From positions 673 through 64,672 of the forward strand of contig VGKG01000003.1 in assembly GCA_016867115.1 (NCBI GenBank): a stretch of 64,000 nucleotides of DNA, given 5' to 3'. How positions within the stretch are numbered: the first letter of the stretch is position 1; each line of letters starts with the position of its first letter. This DNA is from Candidatus Omnitrophota bacterium (lineage in GTDB: Bacteria > Omnitrophota > Gorgyraeia > Gygaellales > Profunditerraquicolaceae). Below are positions 54,809 to 64,000 of this stretch, in pieces. The notes beneath the pieces are model-generated. The model did not search any database and had not been told where the DNA came from. It saw only the letters and a program-made list of their open reading frames with translations. The position numbers and the translations under genes were made by a program.

Positions 54809-56200
54809 ATGAATAAGATCGTCTCAAAGTTATCCCTGCTTATCCTGACCGCCGTTTCTTTAGGCTTTCTGGGCCGGCTGGGAGGCTTAAGTTTTCATCA
54901 GGCTCTCTCGGTCTCCATCTTTTCCGCCTCCATTATCGGCACACTTTTTTTCTGGGATTTCCGGCTCAGTTTTGCCTTTATCGGCACCGCGATACTTTTA
55001 GCTACTAAAACCACTGACCTGGAGCATGTCATCAAGTTCTCTTCGCTGGAAGTGATCCTCTTTCTCGTCGGGATGATGGTGATCATCGGGCTGCTCAGGC
55101 AGGAGGGTTTCTTTGCCTGGATCGTCAGCCTCATCCTGCGTATCCGCAACTTAAGCGCCAGGAAGTTTGTCTTCTCCGTAGCGATAGCCTCAGCGCTCCT
55201 TGCCTGCGCGGTGGATGAGGTGACCTCCATAATCTTCATTGTGGCAGCGGTACTTGAGATCTGCGACTATTTCGAGGTAGATGCCGTCCCCTTCATCATC
55301 ATTTCGGTCCTGGCTACCAACATCGGCTCAGCCGGGACAGTGCTCGGTAACCCTATCGGAATACTGATCGCCACCAAGTCGGGGCTTACCTTCGAAGATT
55401 TTATCGTCAAGGCCTTTCCTTTAGCTATGCTTGCGCTTTTAAGCATGATATTCCTTGTGCTTTACTGGTACCGTAAGGAATTAAAGAAGCTTGACGAACA
55501 GATCGCCAGGTTAGGGTCTGACGAGATACTTTATCATCTGATCGCAGTGCCTCCGGACAGGAAGACTAAGGCTGCGCTTTCGCTATTCGGAGCGACCCTT
55601 TTTCTGTTAGCCTTTTCTCACCGGCTCGATCTTCTCTGGGGCCTTGAGAACAACACGGTCCTTCTGGTCATTCCTCTGGTCAGCGCAGCGTTGATCATGA
55701 TCTGGAAACACAGCCAGGCAAGGCATTTTATTGAGAAGGATGTGGAATGGTGGACGCTTTTATTCTTCCTGATGCTCTTTGTCCAGGCCGGGACCCTGAA
55801 ATACACCGGAGCAACTGAAGTCCTGGCCAGAAACATCGCCGGTTTTACCGGAAATAACGAGGGCCTTCTGGTGTCGGTCGTCCTCTGGGTGAGCGCTATC
55901 GGTTCAAGCATTCTTGATAACGTGGTGATGGTAGCGGCATTTGTGCCGATCGTCCAGGGCTTTGGCTCCCTGCAGGTGAACCTGCAGCCTTTGTGGTGGG
56001 CGCTCCTTTTTGGCGGCTGCTTCGGAGGCAATATCACCCTGGTCGGCTCGACTGCCAATATCGTGGCCATCGGGCTCCTGGAAAAAGAGAGGAACTTCCG
56101 GATGACCTTTTTCCGTTGGTTTTGGGTCGGGCTTACCGTAGGGATCGTTTCGACGGTAATCGTCTGGGTCGCGCTGGTCACTCTGCCGGTCTACCGTTAG
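54809..56200 (+). CDS. ArsB/NhaD (IT superfamily) permease
   Basis: TNIGSAGTVLGNP, LDNV, GGNITLVGSTAN. Confidence 0.88.
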   Translation: MNKIVSKLSLLILTAVSLGFLGRLGGLSFHQALSVSIFSASIIGTLFFWDFRLSFAFIGTAILLATKTTDLEHVIKFSSLEVILFLVGMMVIIGLLRQEGFFAWIVSLILRIRNLSARKFVFSVAIASALLACAVDEVTSIIFIVAAVLEICDYFEVDAVPFIIISVLATNIGSAGTVLGNPIGILIATKSGLTFEDFIVKAFPLAMLALLSMIFLVLYWYRKELKKLDEQIARLGSDEILYHLIAVPPDRKTKAALSLFGATLFLLAFSHRLDLLWGLENNTVLLVIPLVSAALIMIWKHSQARHFIEKDVEWWTLLFFLMLFVQAGTLKYTGATEVLARNIAGFTGNNEGLLVSVVLWVSAIGSSILDNVVMVAAFVPIVQGFGSLQVNLQPLWWALLFGGCFGGNITLVGSTANIVAIGLLEKERNFRMTFFRWFWVGLTVGIVSTVIVWVALVTLPVYR

Positions 56201-56264
56201 GGTATTCACTGGAGCAGTCGGTTCAGTTTGTTATAAATCGGTATTTGTTCGCGGGAGGTGTGTT

Positions 56265-56687
56265 ATGAAGGCAAAAGTATTTTTAGTAACCCTGGCATTC
56301 TTGTTTTCAGGCACAGGTTTAAGTTTTAGCGAAGAGGCGGAACTATCTCAGCCCGCTGAGCCGCAGATGCAGTGGCAATATGTAGAGATCGTATCGGTTG
56401 ACCCCGCAGGCAAATCCTTTGTAGGAAAGTATATCGATTTTGAGACCGAACAGGAGAAGGAGATCACCATTTTCTGCGACGATAAGACCGGCTACGAGAA
56501 CATGTCTTCCCTCTCAGAGCTGAAACCCCTTGATGCCGTAGGTGTAGATTTTGTGGTCACTGCCGAAGGCAGGAACCTGGCCATGAATATCAGCCTTGAG
56601 AAGCCTGACCTTGAGGTCCTGCCGCCTGAGCTGGGTGAAGTGCTTCCGGAATTTCCTCCGGAAACAGAGGTACCCCCTCAGGAGTAA
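56265..56687 (+). CDS. Hypothetical secreted acidic protein
   Basis: GGAGG SD, signal peptide, beta-rich core. Confidence 0.65.
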   Translation: MKAKVFLVTLAFLFSGTGLSFSEEAELSQPAEPQMQWQYVEIVSVDPAGKSFVGKYIDFETEQEKEITIFCDDKTGYENMSSLSELKPLDAVGVDFVVTAEGRNLAMNISLEKPDLEVLPPELGEVLPEFPPETEVPPQE

Positions 56688-56718
56688 GCGCCCCGGTTTT
56701 ATTAGCATAAGGAGACCT

Positions 56719-56753
56719 GCCCCGTCAGGCAATCCCTGACGGGGCTTGCTTTT
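56719..56753 (+). terminator. Terminator-like hairpin
   Basis: GCCCCGTCAGG-CAATC-CCTGACGGGGC followed by TTGCTTTT. Confidence 0.6.
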
Positions 56754-56757
56754 CGCG

Positions 56758-57405
56758 ATGAAAGACATTAGATTAGTCATTTTCGATCTGGACGGGACGC
56801 TGGTAAACGCCTATCCTGCGATTATTGAGAGTTTTAATTTCACCATGCAGAAGCTGAATTACCCCGGGCGTGACCGCTTGACTATCCGGCGCGCTGTCGG
56901 CTGGGGAGATCAGGCGCTCCTTGAGCCCTTTCTTAAGCCCGAAGACCTATCCCGGGCCCTTGCCCTGTACCGCCGGCACCATAAGAAAGCCCTGCTCAGG
57001 GGCGCTCGCCTCCTGCCCGGGGCAAGAAGAGTCCCGGATTCCCTTAAAAATAAAGGTTATCTTATGGCCGTAGCCAGCAACCGGCCTACGCGTTTTTCCC
57101 GCATCCTCATGCGCCACCTGAAACTCGAAAAGTATTTCGCCTCTTTTTTATGCGCGGATAAATTAAAAAAAGGAAAGCCCCATCCTGAGATCCTGCAGAG
57201 GATCATGCGCCGGCTCTCCTGTAAGCCTCAAGAGACCCTTTATGTAGGCGATATGGCAATCGACGCCCGGGCCGGAAGCCGCGCGGGGGTCAGGACTGTT
57301 ATCGTCACTACCGGCTCAAGCCATCTGGGGGAAATAAGGAAAGAGAGGCCCTTTAAGGTCATTGATCGTATCAGCCGGCTGCTTAAGCTGCTTTCACAGG
57401 CGTAA
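56758..57405 (+). CDS. HAD family phosphatase (phosphoglycolate phosphatase-like)
   Basis: FDLDGTL, ASNR, KPHP, VGDM..D. Confidence 0.9.
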   Translation: MKDIRLVIFDLDGTLVNAYPAIIESFNFTMQKLNYPGRDRLTIRRAVGWGDQALLEPFLKPEDLSRALALYRRHHKKALLRGARLLPGARRVPDSLKNKGYLMAVASNRPTRFSRILMRHLKLEKYFASFLCADKLKKGKPHPEILQRIMRRLSCKPQETLYVGDMAIDARAGSRAGVRTVIVTTGSSHLGEIRKERPFKVIDRISRLLKLLSQA

Positions 57406-57420
57406 GCGCCGGGTTTTGGC

Positions 57421-57449
57421 TTGACAGGCGCATATTTTGGTAATATATT
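57421..57449 (+). promoter_or_regulatory. Promoter TTGACA-17-TATATT
   Basis: Seen directly, followed by two short hairpins before the SD. Confidence 0.5.
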
Positions 57450-57517
57450 AAATTGAACCGCCGCTGCCAGAACAGGCGGTTTTTGCAGGCCCGAAAGGGC
57501 TTATTACAGGAGGATTT

Positions 57518-58105
57518 ATGAAGAAGGTACTCTTTTTATCTTTGATCCTGTCATTATGCTTTACGGGTATTTATGCCATGGCTCAAGTTCCCGGCAAGAT
57601 CGGGCCGGGAGCCCAGCCAAAACTGATCCTGCTTATTTCCGAACAGAATATCGAAGGCCCGCAGCGGGCCTGGTGGGCGAGCGAAGTGGACCTTTCTACT
57701 ACTGAAGCTAAAGTGGCCCAGAAGCTTATCGATTCGGGCTTTACGGTGCTTGAGCCTTCGGACCTGACCAAGTCTATCCGCCAGGATAAGGCCTTTCGCC
57801 TGCTTAACCTGTCTGAGGAAAAGTCCGTAAAGCTGGGGAATCTCTCTCAGGCGGATTACGTGGTCTTAGGCAAGGCCGTGGCCTCTGCCGGAGGCAATGT
57901 CCCGCAGTCAAATATGCGTTCCTGTTTTGCCAATATCACTGCCAAGCTTATCCGCGTCAAAGACGGCAAAGTCGTTGCTTATCTCGATGCATCCGGCAGC
58001 TCAGCGCACCTGGATGTCATCACCGGCGGCCGCGAAGCCCTGAATAACGCCGCAGAGGACCTTGCCGCAAAGATCATTGCCGCTGTCTCCAAAGGAGGAA
58101 ATTAG
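57518..58105 (+). CDS. Secreted protein, CsgG/FlgT/LpoB-like alpha-beta fold
   Basis: Signal peptide; GFTVLE, ADYVVLG, AKLIRVKDGKVVA pattern. Confidence 0.55.
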   Translation: MKKVLFLSLILSLCFTGIYAMAQVPGKIGPGAQPKLILLISEQNIEGPQRAWWASEVDLSTTEAKVAQKLIDSGFTVLEPSDLTKSIRQDKAFRLLNLSEEKSVKLGNLSQADYVVLGKAVASAGGNVPQSNMRSCFANITAKLIRVKDGKVVAYLDASGSSAHLDVITGGREALNNAAEDLAAKIIAAVSKGGN

Positions 58106-58106
58106 G

Positions 58107-58841
58107 ATGAAAAGGCTGATCCTGACTTTAGTTTATGCGTTATCGATAGCCGGCGCCGGCCTCTGCGCACCGCAGCCGACAGCCCGGGTGGATAATAGCG
58201 CCGGGACAGAGGCCCTTCCGCCTTATTCCGGGCCAAAGGCGCGCGTGGCTATTGCGGATTTTGACGTGAAGGCTGCCCAGGCTACGGGCGAGATCGGTTC
58301 GGGCCTGCGCGAGATGCTGGTTACGGCTCTGGTGAACAGCAACCGTTTTTCCGTGCTGGAACGCCAGGCATTGAGCGCGGTGATGCAGGAGCAGGAGTTG
58401 GCCAGCTCCGGCGCTGCGCAGCAGGGAGCGGGCGGCCCGCAGAGAGGAAAAATCAAGACTGCGGACCTGATTATCTCAGCGGCAGTCACCGAGTTTGAGC
58501 CGCAGGCTTCAGGCGGAAGAGCAGGTATTGGCGGAGGCGCAGGGGTGGGCAGCGGTATTTTAGGAGGGCTTCTGGGCGCAAGCCTCAATAAGTCGCACAT
58601 GGCCCTGGACATCCGCATCATCGACTCTTCCACTTCCGAAGTCCTGGCTTCGACGCGCGTGCAGGGCGAGGCTTCGGATGTGGGGGGTGCGATCATGGCC
58701 GGCTTCTTCGGCGGTTGGGCGCTGGGCGGAGGGCTGTCTGCCTATGCCAACACCCCGATGGAGAAGGCGATCCGCGTCTGCATCATCGAGGCGGTACGTT
58801 ATATTTCACAGGGCATACCGGCGACGTACTATAAATACTAA
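58107..58841 (+). CDS. CsgG/HfaB family protein
   Basis: RVAIADF, MLVTALVNSNRFSVLERQ, ADLIISAAVTEFE, DIRIID.STSEVL. Confidence 0.85.
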   Translation: MKRLILTLVYALSIAGAGLCAPQPTARVDNSAGTEALPPYSGPKARVAIADFDVKAAQATGEIGSGLREMLVTALVNSNRFSVLERQALSAVMQEQELASSGAAQQGAGGPQRGKIKTADLIISAAVTEFEPQASGGRAGIGGGAGVGSGILGGLLGASLNKSHMALDIRIIDSSTSEVLASTRVQGEASDVGGAIMAGFFGGWALGGGLSAYANTPMEKAIRVCIIEAVRYISQGIPATYYKY

Positions 58842-58862
58842 GATAGCAATAGGAGGCGATCC

Positions 58863-58943
58863 GTGGGAAAACGTAAACGTAGAGGCAAGCTTAACTGGCG
58901 TTCGAAGAGAGCAAATAAAGGCAAGAAGCCCTGCTTAGGATAG
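58863..58943 (+). CDS. 26-aa basic peptide, bL37-like ribosomal protein candidate
   Basis: AGGAGG SD at 58851, GTG start; MGKRKRRGKLNWRSKRANKGKKPCLG. Confidence 0.6.
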   Translation: MGKRKRRGKLNWRSKRANKGKKPCLG

Positions 58944-58989
58944 GCCCGATTTTGTTCCGGTAACCGGATCAAGCGCAAAGGAGGTCAAG

Positions 58990-59244
58990 ATGCAGGAGAA
59001 AGAGGTCGGAAAAATTACCCACTATTATAATCACCTTAGCGTTGGGATAATCGAGCTTTCTGATGCACTCACCGTCGGTGAGACTATCCATGTCAAAGGC
59101 CACTCCGATGATTTCACCCAGACCGTGGACTCGATTCAGATCGAGCACGCCGATGTGCCAAGCGCTAAAGCCGGAGACGTCATCGGCATAAAGGTAGCCG
59201 GGAAGGTGCATCCGCACGACAAGGTCTATAAGGTCATCCCCTAA
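58990..59244 (+). CDS. Small beta-barrel protein (translation-factor domain II-like / U32 peptidase C-terminal-like)
   Basis: VGKITHYY, L.VG.TIH.KGH..DF.Q.V.SIQI.H, GD.IGIKV. Confidence 0.75.
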   Translation: MQEKEVGKITHYYNHLSVGIIELSDALTVGETIHVKGHSDDFTQTVDSIQIEHADVPSAKAGDVIGIKVAGKVHPHDKVYKVIP

Positions 59245-59253
59245 TCTTCCTTT

Positions 59254-59994
59254 ATGGTTTTAGTCTGGATCATTTCAAGTACGCTGCTGGTCTGCATCAT
59301 TTCGCTGATCGGCATCTTTACCCTGGCGGTGAAAGAGGAGCTTTTAAAGAAACTCCTCTCCGGCCTGATCGGCCTTTCGGGAGGCGCCCTTATCGGAGGC
59401 GCGTTCCTGCATCTGTTGCCGGAGGCGCTGGAAGAAAGCCCCGCCGAACCCGTTTTTTATTCCCTGGTCTTCGGGATCCTGCTCTTTTTCTTTATGGAGC
59501 GCTACTTCTACTGGCGCCACTGCCATGATTCGGTCTGCGACATCCACGCCTATTCGTACCTGAACCTTTTTGGGGACGCCTTCCATAACTTCGTAGACGG
59601 CGTAGCCATTGCCGTGAGTTTCGTGGCTTCTGTGGAGGTGGGGATCGTCACGACTCTGGCGATCATCCTGCATGAGATACCCCAGGAACTGGGTGATTTC
59701 GGGGTCCTGGTCTACGGCGGGTTTTCCAAGAAGAAGGCCCTGACATATAATTTTATCTCGGCGCTCTTTGCGATCGTAGGAGCGACGGCGGGGTTTTTCC
59801 TGACTGACCTGGCCAAAGGCTCAAGCGTATTCATCCTGCCGCTTACTGCCGGCGGGTTCATTTATATCGGGGCCTCTGACCTGATCCCCGAGATACACAA
59901 ACAGGCAAATCAGACGCGCTCTTCGCGTGCCCTGATCGCCTTTTTACTGGGGATCCTATTCATGGCCTTGGCCAAGTACTTAATGCCGCACTGA
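59254..59994 (+). CDS. ZIP family metal transporter
   Basis: HLLPEA, HNFVDG, HEIPQELGD. Confidence 0.93.
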   Translation: MVLVWIISSTLLVCIISLIGIFTLAVKEELLKKLLSGLIGLSGGALIGGAFLHLLPEALEESPAEPVFYSLVFGILLFFFMERYFYWRHCHDSVCDIHAYSYLNLFGDAFHNFVDGVAIAVSFVASVEVGIVTTLAIILHEIPQELGDFGVLVYGGFSKKKALTYNFISALFAIVGATAGFFLTDLAKGSSVFILPLTAGGFIYIGASDLIPEIHKQANQTRSSRALIAFLLGILFMALAKYLMPH

Positions 59995-60030
59995 TTAAGA
60001 GGTCCTTCCTGATTGATTCCTGATATTCCG

Positions 60031-60264
60031 ATGAAAAAAATCACGCTCATCCAGATGAGACAAAACCAAAAGGCAAGGATCCTGGAGATTTCAGGCGGCA
60101 ATATCCTCCAGCACCGGCTGCTCAGCCTCGGTATATACCCGGGCAGAGAGATCAGGAAGCTCAGCCACATTGCCTTAAGGGGGCCGGTGACAGTCCGGGT
60201 AGGCAGGTCTGTCTTTGCTCTCGGCCACAGCATGGCGGCAAAAGTCCTGTTGGAGATAGAATGA
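60031..60264 (+). CDS. feoA: Ferrous iron transport protein A
   Basis: RLLSLGIYPG, GPVTVRVG...ALG..MA; upstream of feoB. Confidence 0.9.
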   Translation: MKKITLIQMRQNQKARILEISGGNILQHRLLSLGIYPGREIRKLSHIALRGPVTVRVGRSVFALGHSMAAKVLLEIE

Positions 60265-61991
60265 CCAAGAAGATCTTTCTGATCGGCAATCCCAATGTCG
60301 GCAAAAGCGTCGTCTTTTCGCGCCTGACCGGTGTTCAGGTGATCTCTTCGAATTATCCTGGGACTACCGTTGAGATCAGCAAGGGGCTGCTGAAGATCGG
60401 CGAGGAGAAGTTCGACGTGGTGGACCTCCCCGGCACTTATTCGCTTACTCCCACCTCGAAGGCCGAAGAAGTGGCAGTCTCTCTCTTGAAAGAGTGCCCC
60501 CCGGAAGAGATGGTTGTGATCAACATCGTCGACGCCACAAACCTTGAGAGGAATCTCTTTCTTACTCTGCAATTGATTGAAGAGGGAATGCCTGTGATCG
60601 TCTGCCTGAATATGTGCGACGATACGGCGCACCGGGGCATCCACATCGATACCGGAAAATTAGAGAAGCTTCTCGGAGTGGCGGTGGTGCCCACCTGTGC
60701 TGTGACCGGGATGGGCATAAAAGCCCTGATCGAGAAGGCCCCCGGCATAAATCCCGCGCCCAGGAATAAGCTCAGTCACGAAGAGCGCTGGAGTGAGATC
60801 GGCCGGATCGTCGAAGAAACGCAGCGCCTTGAGCACCGGCACCACACGTTGAGGGAGGCCCTGGAGGATGCTTCAGTGCGGCCTTTAAGCGGCCTGCTGA
60901 TAGCCGCGGGGGTGATATATGTCTCGTTTAAGATCGTGCGCTTCCTCGGAGAGTGGCTTATTGCAAACATATTCGACCCCTTATTTTTAGATTCCTACCA
61001 GCCGTTTCTTGATAGGCTGAGCCTTGCTCTCGGTCAGAAGGGTTTCCTGCACCACCTGCTTATCGGGGAGCTGATCCAGGGCAAGATCGATTTTAAGCAA
61101 TCCCTGGGGCTGCTGACTACCGCGCCTTACATCGAGTTCGCCATGGTCCTCCCGTATGTCTTTTCCTTTTATCTGGTCTTAAGCCTGCTCGAAGATGTCG
61201 GCTATCTTCCCCGGCTGGCGATCCTTCTGGATAATCTTCTGCATAGGCTCGGCTTGCACGGTTTTGCCATCATCCCGGTACTTCTTGGTTTCGGCTGCAA
61301 TGTTCCGGGCATCCTGGCCACCCGCGTCTTAGAATCGAAGCGCGAGCGTTTTATCGCCTCTACCCTGATCTCTATCGGTGTGCCCTGTGTGCCCCTGCAG
61401 GCGATGATCTTCGGGCTGCTGGGTGCTTTCGGCGGATTCTACGTCGGCGGGGTATACCTTGTGCTCTTTTCCGTCCTGATCATCCTCGGCCTGGTCCTGA
61501 ACCGCACCCTGGCCGGTTACAGCCCGGAGTTCCTCCTGGAGATACCGCCTTACCGGATCGTCCCCTTTATGACGCTGGCCAGAAAATTATTCATGCGCAT
61601 CAGGGGTTTTCTCATCGAGGCGGTACCGATTGTGCTTATCGGCGTCGCCTTTATCAATATCCTGACGTATCTGAGGGTCTTTGGCCTGATCACCGGCATT
61701 TTCGCTCCGGTAGTCGAGGGGCTTTTTGGCCTGCCCAGAGACGCGGTAGTTGCGCTCTCAATAGGGTTCCTGAGAAAAGATATCGCCGTCGGTATGCTCA
61801 TGCCCCTGGGGCTTAGCGCAAAACAATTGTTTATCGCCGCCACACTTTTAGCCATATCTTTTCCCTGTATCGCCACCTTCGTAGTCCTCTTTAAGGAACT
61901 GGGTTTTAAGAGCCTGGTCAAGGCAACGCTGATCATGGTCGCGGTCAGCCTGATCGTAGGTACAGTCCTGAATTTCGGGATCCTGCATTAA
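60261..61991 (+). CDS. feoB: Ferrous iron transporter B
   Basis: GNPNVGKS, NYPGTTV, DLPGTYSL, GFGCNVP, PPYR. Confidence 0.94.
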   Translation: MTKKIFLIGNPNVGKSVVFSRLTGVQVISSNYPGTTVEISKGLLKIGEEKFDVVDLPGTYSLTPTSKAEEVAVSLLKECPPEEMVVINIVDATNLERNLFLTLQLIEEGMPVIVCLNMCDDTAHRGIHIDTGKLEKLLGVAVVPTCAVTGMGIKALIEKAPGINPAPRNKLSHEERWSEIGRIVEETQRLEHRHHTLREALEDASVRPLSGLLIAAGVIYVSFKIVRFLGEWLIANIFDPLFLDSYQPFLDRLSLALGQKGFLHHLLIGELIQGKIDFKQSLGLLTTAPYIEFAMVLPYVFSFYLVLSLLEDVGYLPRLAILLDNLLHRLGLHGFAIIPVLLGFGCNVPGILATRVLESKRERFIASTLISIGVPCVPLQAMIFGLLGAFGGFYVGGVYLVLFSVLIILGLVLNRTLAGYSPEFLLEIPPYRIVPFMTLARKLFMRIRGFLIEAVPIVLIGVAFINILTYLRVFGLITGIFAPVVEGLFGLPRDAVVALSIGFLRKDIAVGMLMPLGLSAKQLFIAATLLAISFPCIATFVVLFKELGFKSLVKATLIMVAVSLIVGTVLNFGILH

Positions 61992-61992
61992 G

Positions 61993-62997
61993 ATGAAAGC
62001 CATCACCTTGATTTCAGGGGGGCTGGACAGCACCCTGGCCACAAAGCTGATGCAGAACCTGGGTGTTGAGCTGGTTGGGCTTAATACTATCAGCCCTTTT
62101 TGTCTGTGCAATCACCGCTCATCCACCGGCCGGTCCTGCGGCGCAGCATCCGTGGCTAAGGATTTAGGCCTTGAATTGATCAATGTCAATGTCTCAGAGG
62201 AGTTCCTTGAGATCGTAAAAAAACCAAAGCACGGATACGGCTCGAATATGAACCCCTGCATAGACTGCCGCATCCTTTTATTTAAAAAAGCAAAAGAGAA
62301 GATGCCGGAGGTCGGCGCCTCCTTTGTGATCACCGGAGAGGTCCTTGGCCAGCGGCCCATGTCGCAGAAGCTTAAGACCATGCAGCTCATCGAAAAAGAG
62401 GCTGGGTTAGAGGGGTTGGTATTGCGCCCTCTCTCGGCAAAGGCCCTTGAGCCTACTATTCCGGAGAAAGAAGGCTGGGTGGATAGAGAGAGGCTGCTTG
62501 CCATAAACGGAAGAGGCAGAAGAGAGCAGTTCAGCCTGGCAAAGGAATTCGGGATCAACGACTATCCCTGTCCGAGCGGAGGCTGCCTGTTGACGGATCC
62601 GGAATTCAGCAGGCGCCTGAAAGACCTGATGCAATACCGGGATTTGAACCTGGAGGATATCCGTCTGCTTAAGGTGGGCAGGCATTTCCGCCTCGGCAGA
62701 GAAACGAAACTGGTGGTCGGCAGGAACGAAAAGGAGAATCAGCTGATGTTGAATTTAGCCAGGGATGATGACTATCTTTTCATGCCTAGCGATGACCTGG
62801 CCGGGCCTACCTGTCTAGGCAGGGGCGTTTTTAATGATGCCTTGCTCAGGCTCTCTTGCGGGATAGCCAGCCGCTATTGCGACCTGGACGGAAGAAGCGA
62901 GGCAGAAATAGTCTATCGAAGAGCAGCAGGAAAAGAAGAAAGCTCAGTTTTCTGCAGGCCCCTGGATGAGGCTGCTTTATCGGGCTTGAGGATATGA
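61993..62997 (+). CDS. PP-loop tRNA thiolation-type protein (ThiI-like/DUF814-associated)
   Basis: SGGLDS, NPCIDC, GEVLGQRPMSQ, GGCLLT, GRHFR. Confidence 0.8.
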   Translation: MKAITLISGGLDSTLATKLMQNLGVELVGLNTISPFCLCNHRSSTGRSCGAASVAKDLGLELINVNVSEEFLEIVKKPKHGYGSNMNPCIDCRILLFKKAKEKMPEVGASFVITGEVLGQRPMSQKLKTMQLIEKEAGLEGLVLRPLSAKALEPTIPEKEGWVDRERLLAINGRGRREQFSLAKEFGINDYPCPSGGCLLTDPEFSRRLKDLMQYRDLNLEDIRLLKVGRHFRLGRETKLVVGRNEKENQLMLNLARDDDYLFMPSDDLAGPTCLGRGVFNDALLRLSCGIASRYCDLDGRSEAEIVYRRAAGKEESSVFCRPLDEAALSGLRI

Positions 62998-62998
62998 T

Positions 62999-64000
62999 AT
63001 GAAAGAAGCCTATCTCTATGAAAAAATAGAGAAGAGTTCAGTGCACTGTTACCTTTGCAGCCACCATTGCCGTATTGCCGAGGGTAAGTTCGGTTTCTGC
63101 GGGGTGAGGCAGAATATGGGGGGTGAGCTTTTCACGCACGTCTACGGAAAGGCGATCGCCAGCCACGTCGACCCGATTGAAAAGAAGCCTCTGTATCATT
63201 TCCTTCCCGGTTCGACCAGCCTTTCGATTGCCGCTATCGGCTGCAATTTCCGCTGCGGTTTCTGCCAGAACTGGGAGATCTCCCAGAAGTCTATCCGCGA
63301 CGGCGATTTTCCCGGCGAGGATTTTGCGCCTCCGGAGGTAGTACGGGCTGCCCTGGAAAATAAATGCAAAAGCATCTCCTACACCTATACCGAACCGACC
63401 GTCTTTTTTGAATACGCCTTTGATACGGCAAAACTCGCCAGGGAGAAGGGGTTCTATAATAATTTCGTCACCAACGGCTATATGACCAAAGAGTGTATCG
63501 AGATGGCCAGGCCGTATCTGGATGCCGCCAATGTGGACCTGAAGTTTTTCCGCGACGATGCTTACCGCAGGGTCTGCAGCGGCAGCCTTCAGCCGGTGCT
63601 GGATTCGATCAGGCTGATGCATAAGCTCGGTATCTGGGTCGAAGTGACGACCCTGGTGGTGCCGGGAGAAAATGATTCCGAGAAAGAGCTTTCGGATATC
63701 GCAGAGTTCATTGCCGGAGTGGATAAGGATATGCCTTGGCATATTTCGCGTTTCCATCCGGATTATCAGCTTATTGACAAGAGCCCCACGCCGGATGCGA
63801 CCTTAAAAAAAGCGCAGGAACTGGGCTTAAAAAGCGGGCTTAAGTTTGTTTATGCGGGGAATGTCTACGGCTGGGGCAACGACACCTGTTGTCCTTCCTG
63901 TAAAAAAGCGCTGGTAAGAAGAGAGGTTTTTAGTATACTGGAGAATCATGTCAAAAAAGGAAGATGCGCTTATTGCAGCGCCCCCATACCCGGAGTGTTT
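62999..64000 (+). CDS. amrS: AmmeMemoRadiSam system radical SAM enzyme (stop lies outside the window)
   Basis: Manual translation: MKEAYLY...CYLCSHHC...DPIEKKPLYHF.PG...GCNFRCGFCQNWEISQ...YTYTEP. Confidence 0.9.
   Translation, partial: MKEAYLYEKIEKSSVHCYLCSHHCRIAEGKFGFCGVRQNMGGELFTHVYGKAIASHVDPIEKKPLYHFLPGSTSLSIAAIGCNFRCGFCQNWEISQKSIRDGDFPGEDFAPPEVVRAALENKCKSISYTYTEPTVFFEYAFDTAKLAREKGFYNNFVTNGYMTKECIEMARPYLDAANVDLKFFRDDAYRRVCSGSLQPVLDSIRLMHKLGIWVEVTTLVVPGENDSEKELSDIAEFIAGVDKDMPWHISRFHPDYQLIDKSPTPDATLKKAQELGLKSGLKFVYAGNVYGWGNDTCCPSCKKALVRREVFSILENHVKKGRCAYCSAPIPGVF

Noticed and set aside
58678-58938. 86-aa + strand ORF
   Set aside because: Overlaps the CsgG gene out of frame; the SD at 58851 fits the 26-aa GTG ORF instead
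63038-63757. 239-aa minus-strand ORF
   Set aside because: Shadow of the + strand AmmeMemoRadiSam radical SAM gene, which the track missed because it has no stop in the window

Overview
Gene-dense 64 kb of bacterial chromosome, almost all on the + strand, from a diderm and probably anaerobic organism. The gene order leuS-comEA-comEC-bamD-lptE-holA-rpsT-murJ and the general protein style suggest a PVC-group lineage such as Ca. Omnitrophota (inference, not tested). The main accessory region (about 3.5-27.6 kb) is an aromatic type II polyketide synthase cluster: KS-alpha, a chain-length factor with Arg at the Cys/Gln position, ACP, a TcmN-like aromatase/cyclase, a second cyclase, a B12-dependent radical SAM enzyme, SDR, hydrolases and an MFS exporter. 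A MarR + TolC/MFP/RND efflux operon precedes it. A nucleoside phosphorylase / MtnA-like isomerase / class II aldolase-SCP2 fusion / aldehyde dehydrogenase / CoA-ligase module follows it and looks like a repurposed 5'-deoxyadenosine (DHAP-shunt) pathway. The rest is mostly housekeeping: two tRNAs, leuS, frameshifted prfB, secA, lnt, metal transport. Other signals are 70-bp hairpin direct repeats flanking the ACP gene, a dispersed palindromic element in two inverted copies with compensatory insertions, an in-frame palindromic insertion in the cyclase, 7-8-mer tandem repeats inside genes, a 26-aa bL37-like ORF missing from the ORF track, several likely leaderless genes and a PilT/U with a Walker-B E-to-N change. 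No CRISPR array, integrase or transposase was seen. All family assignments come from motif recognition by eye, not database searches.
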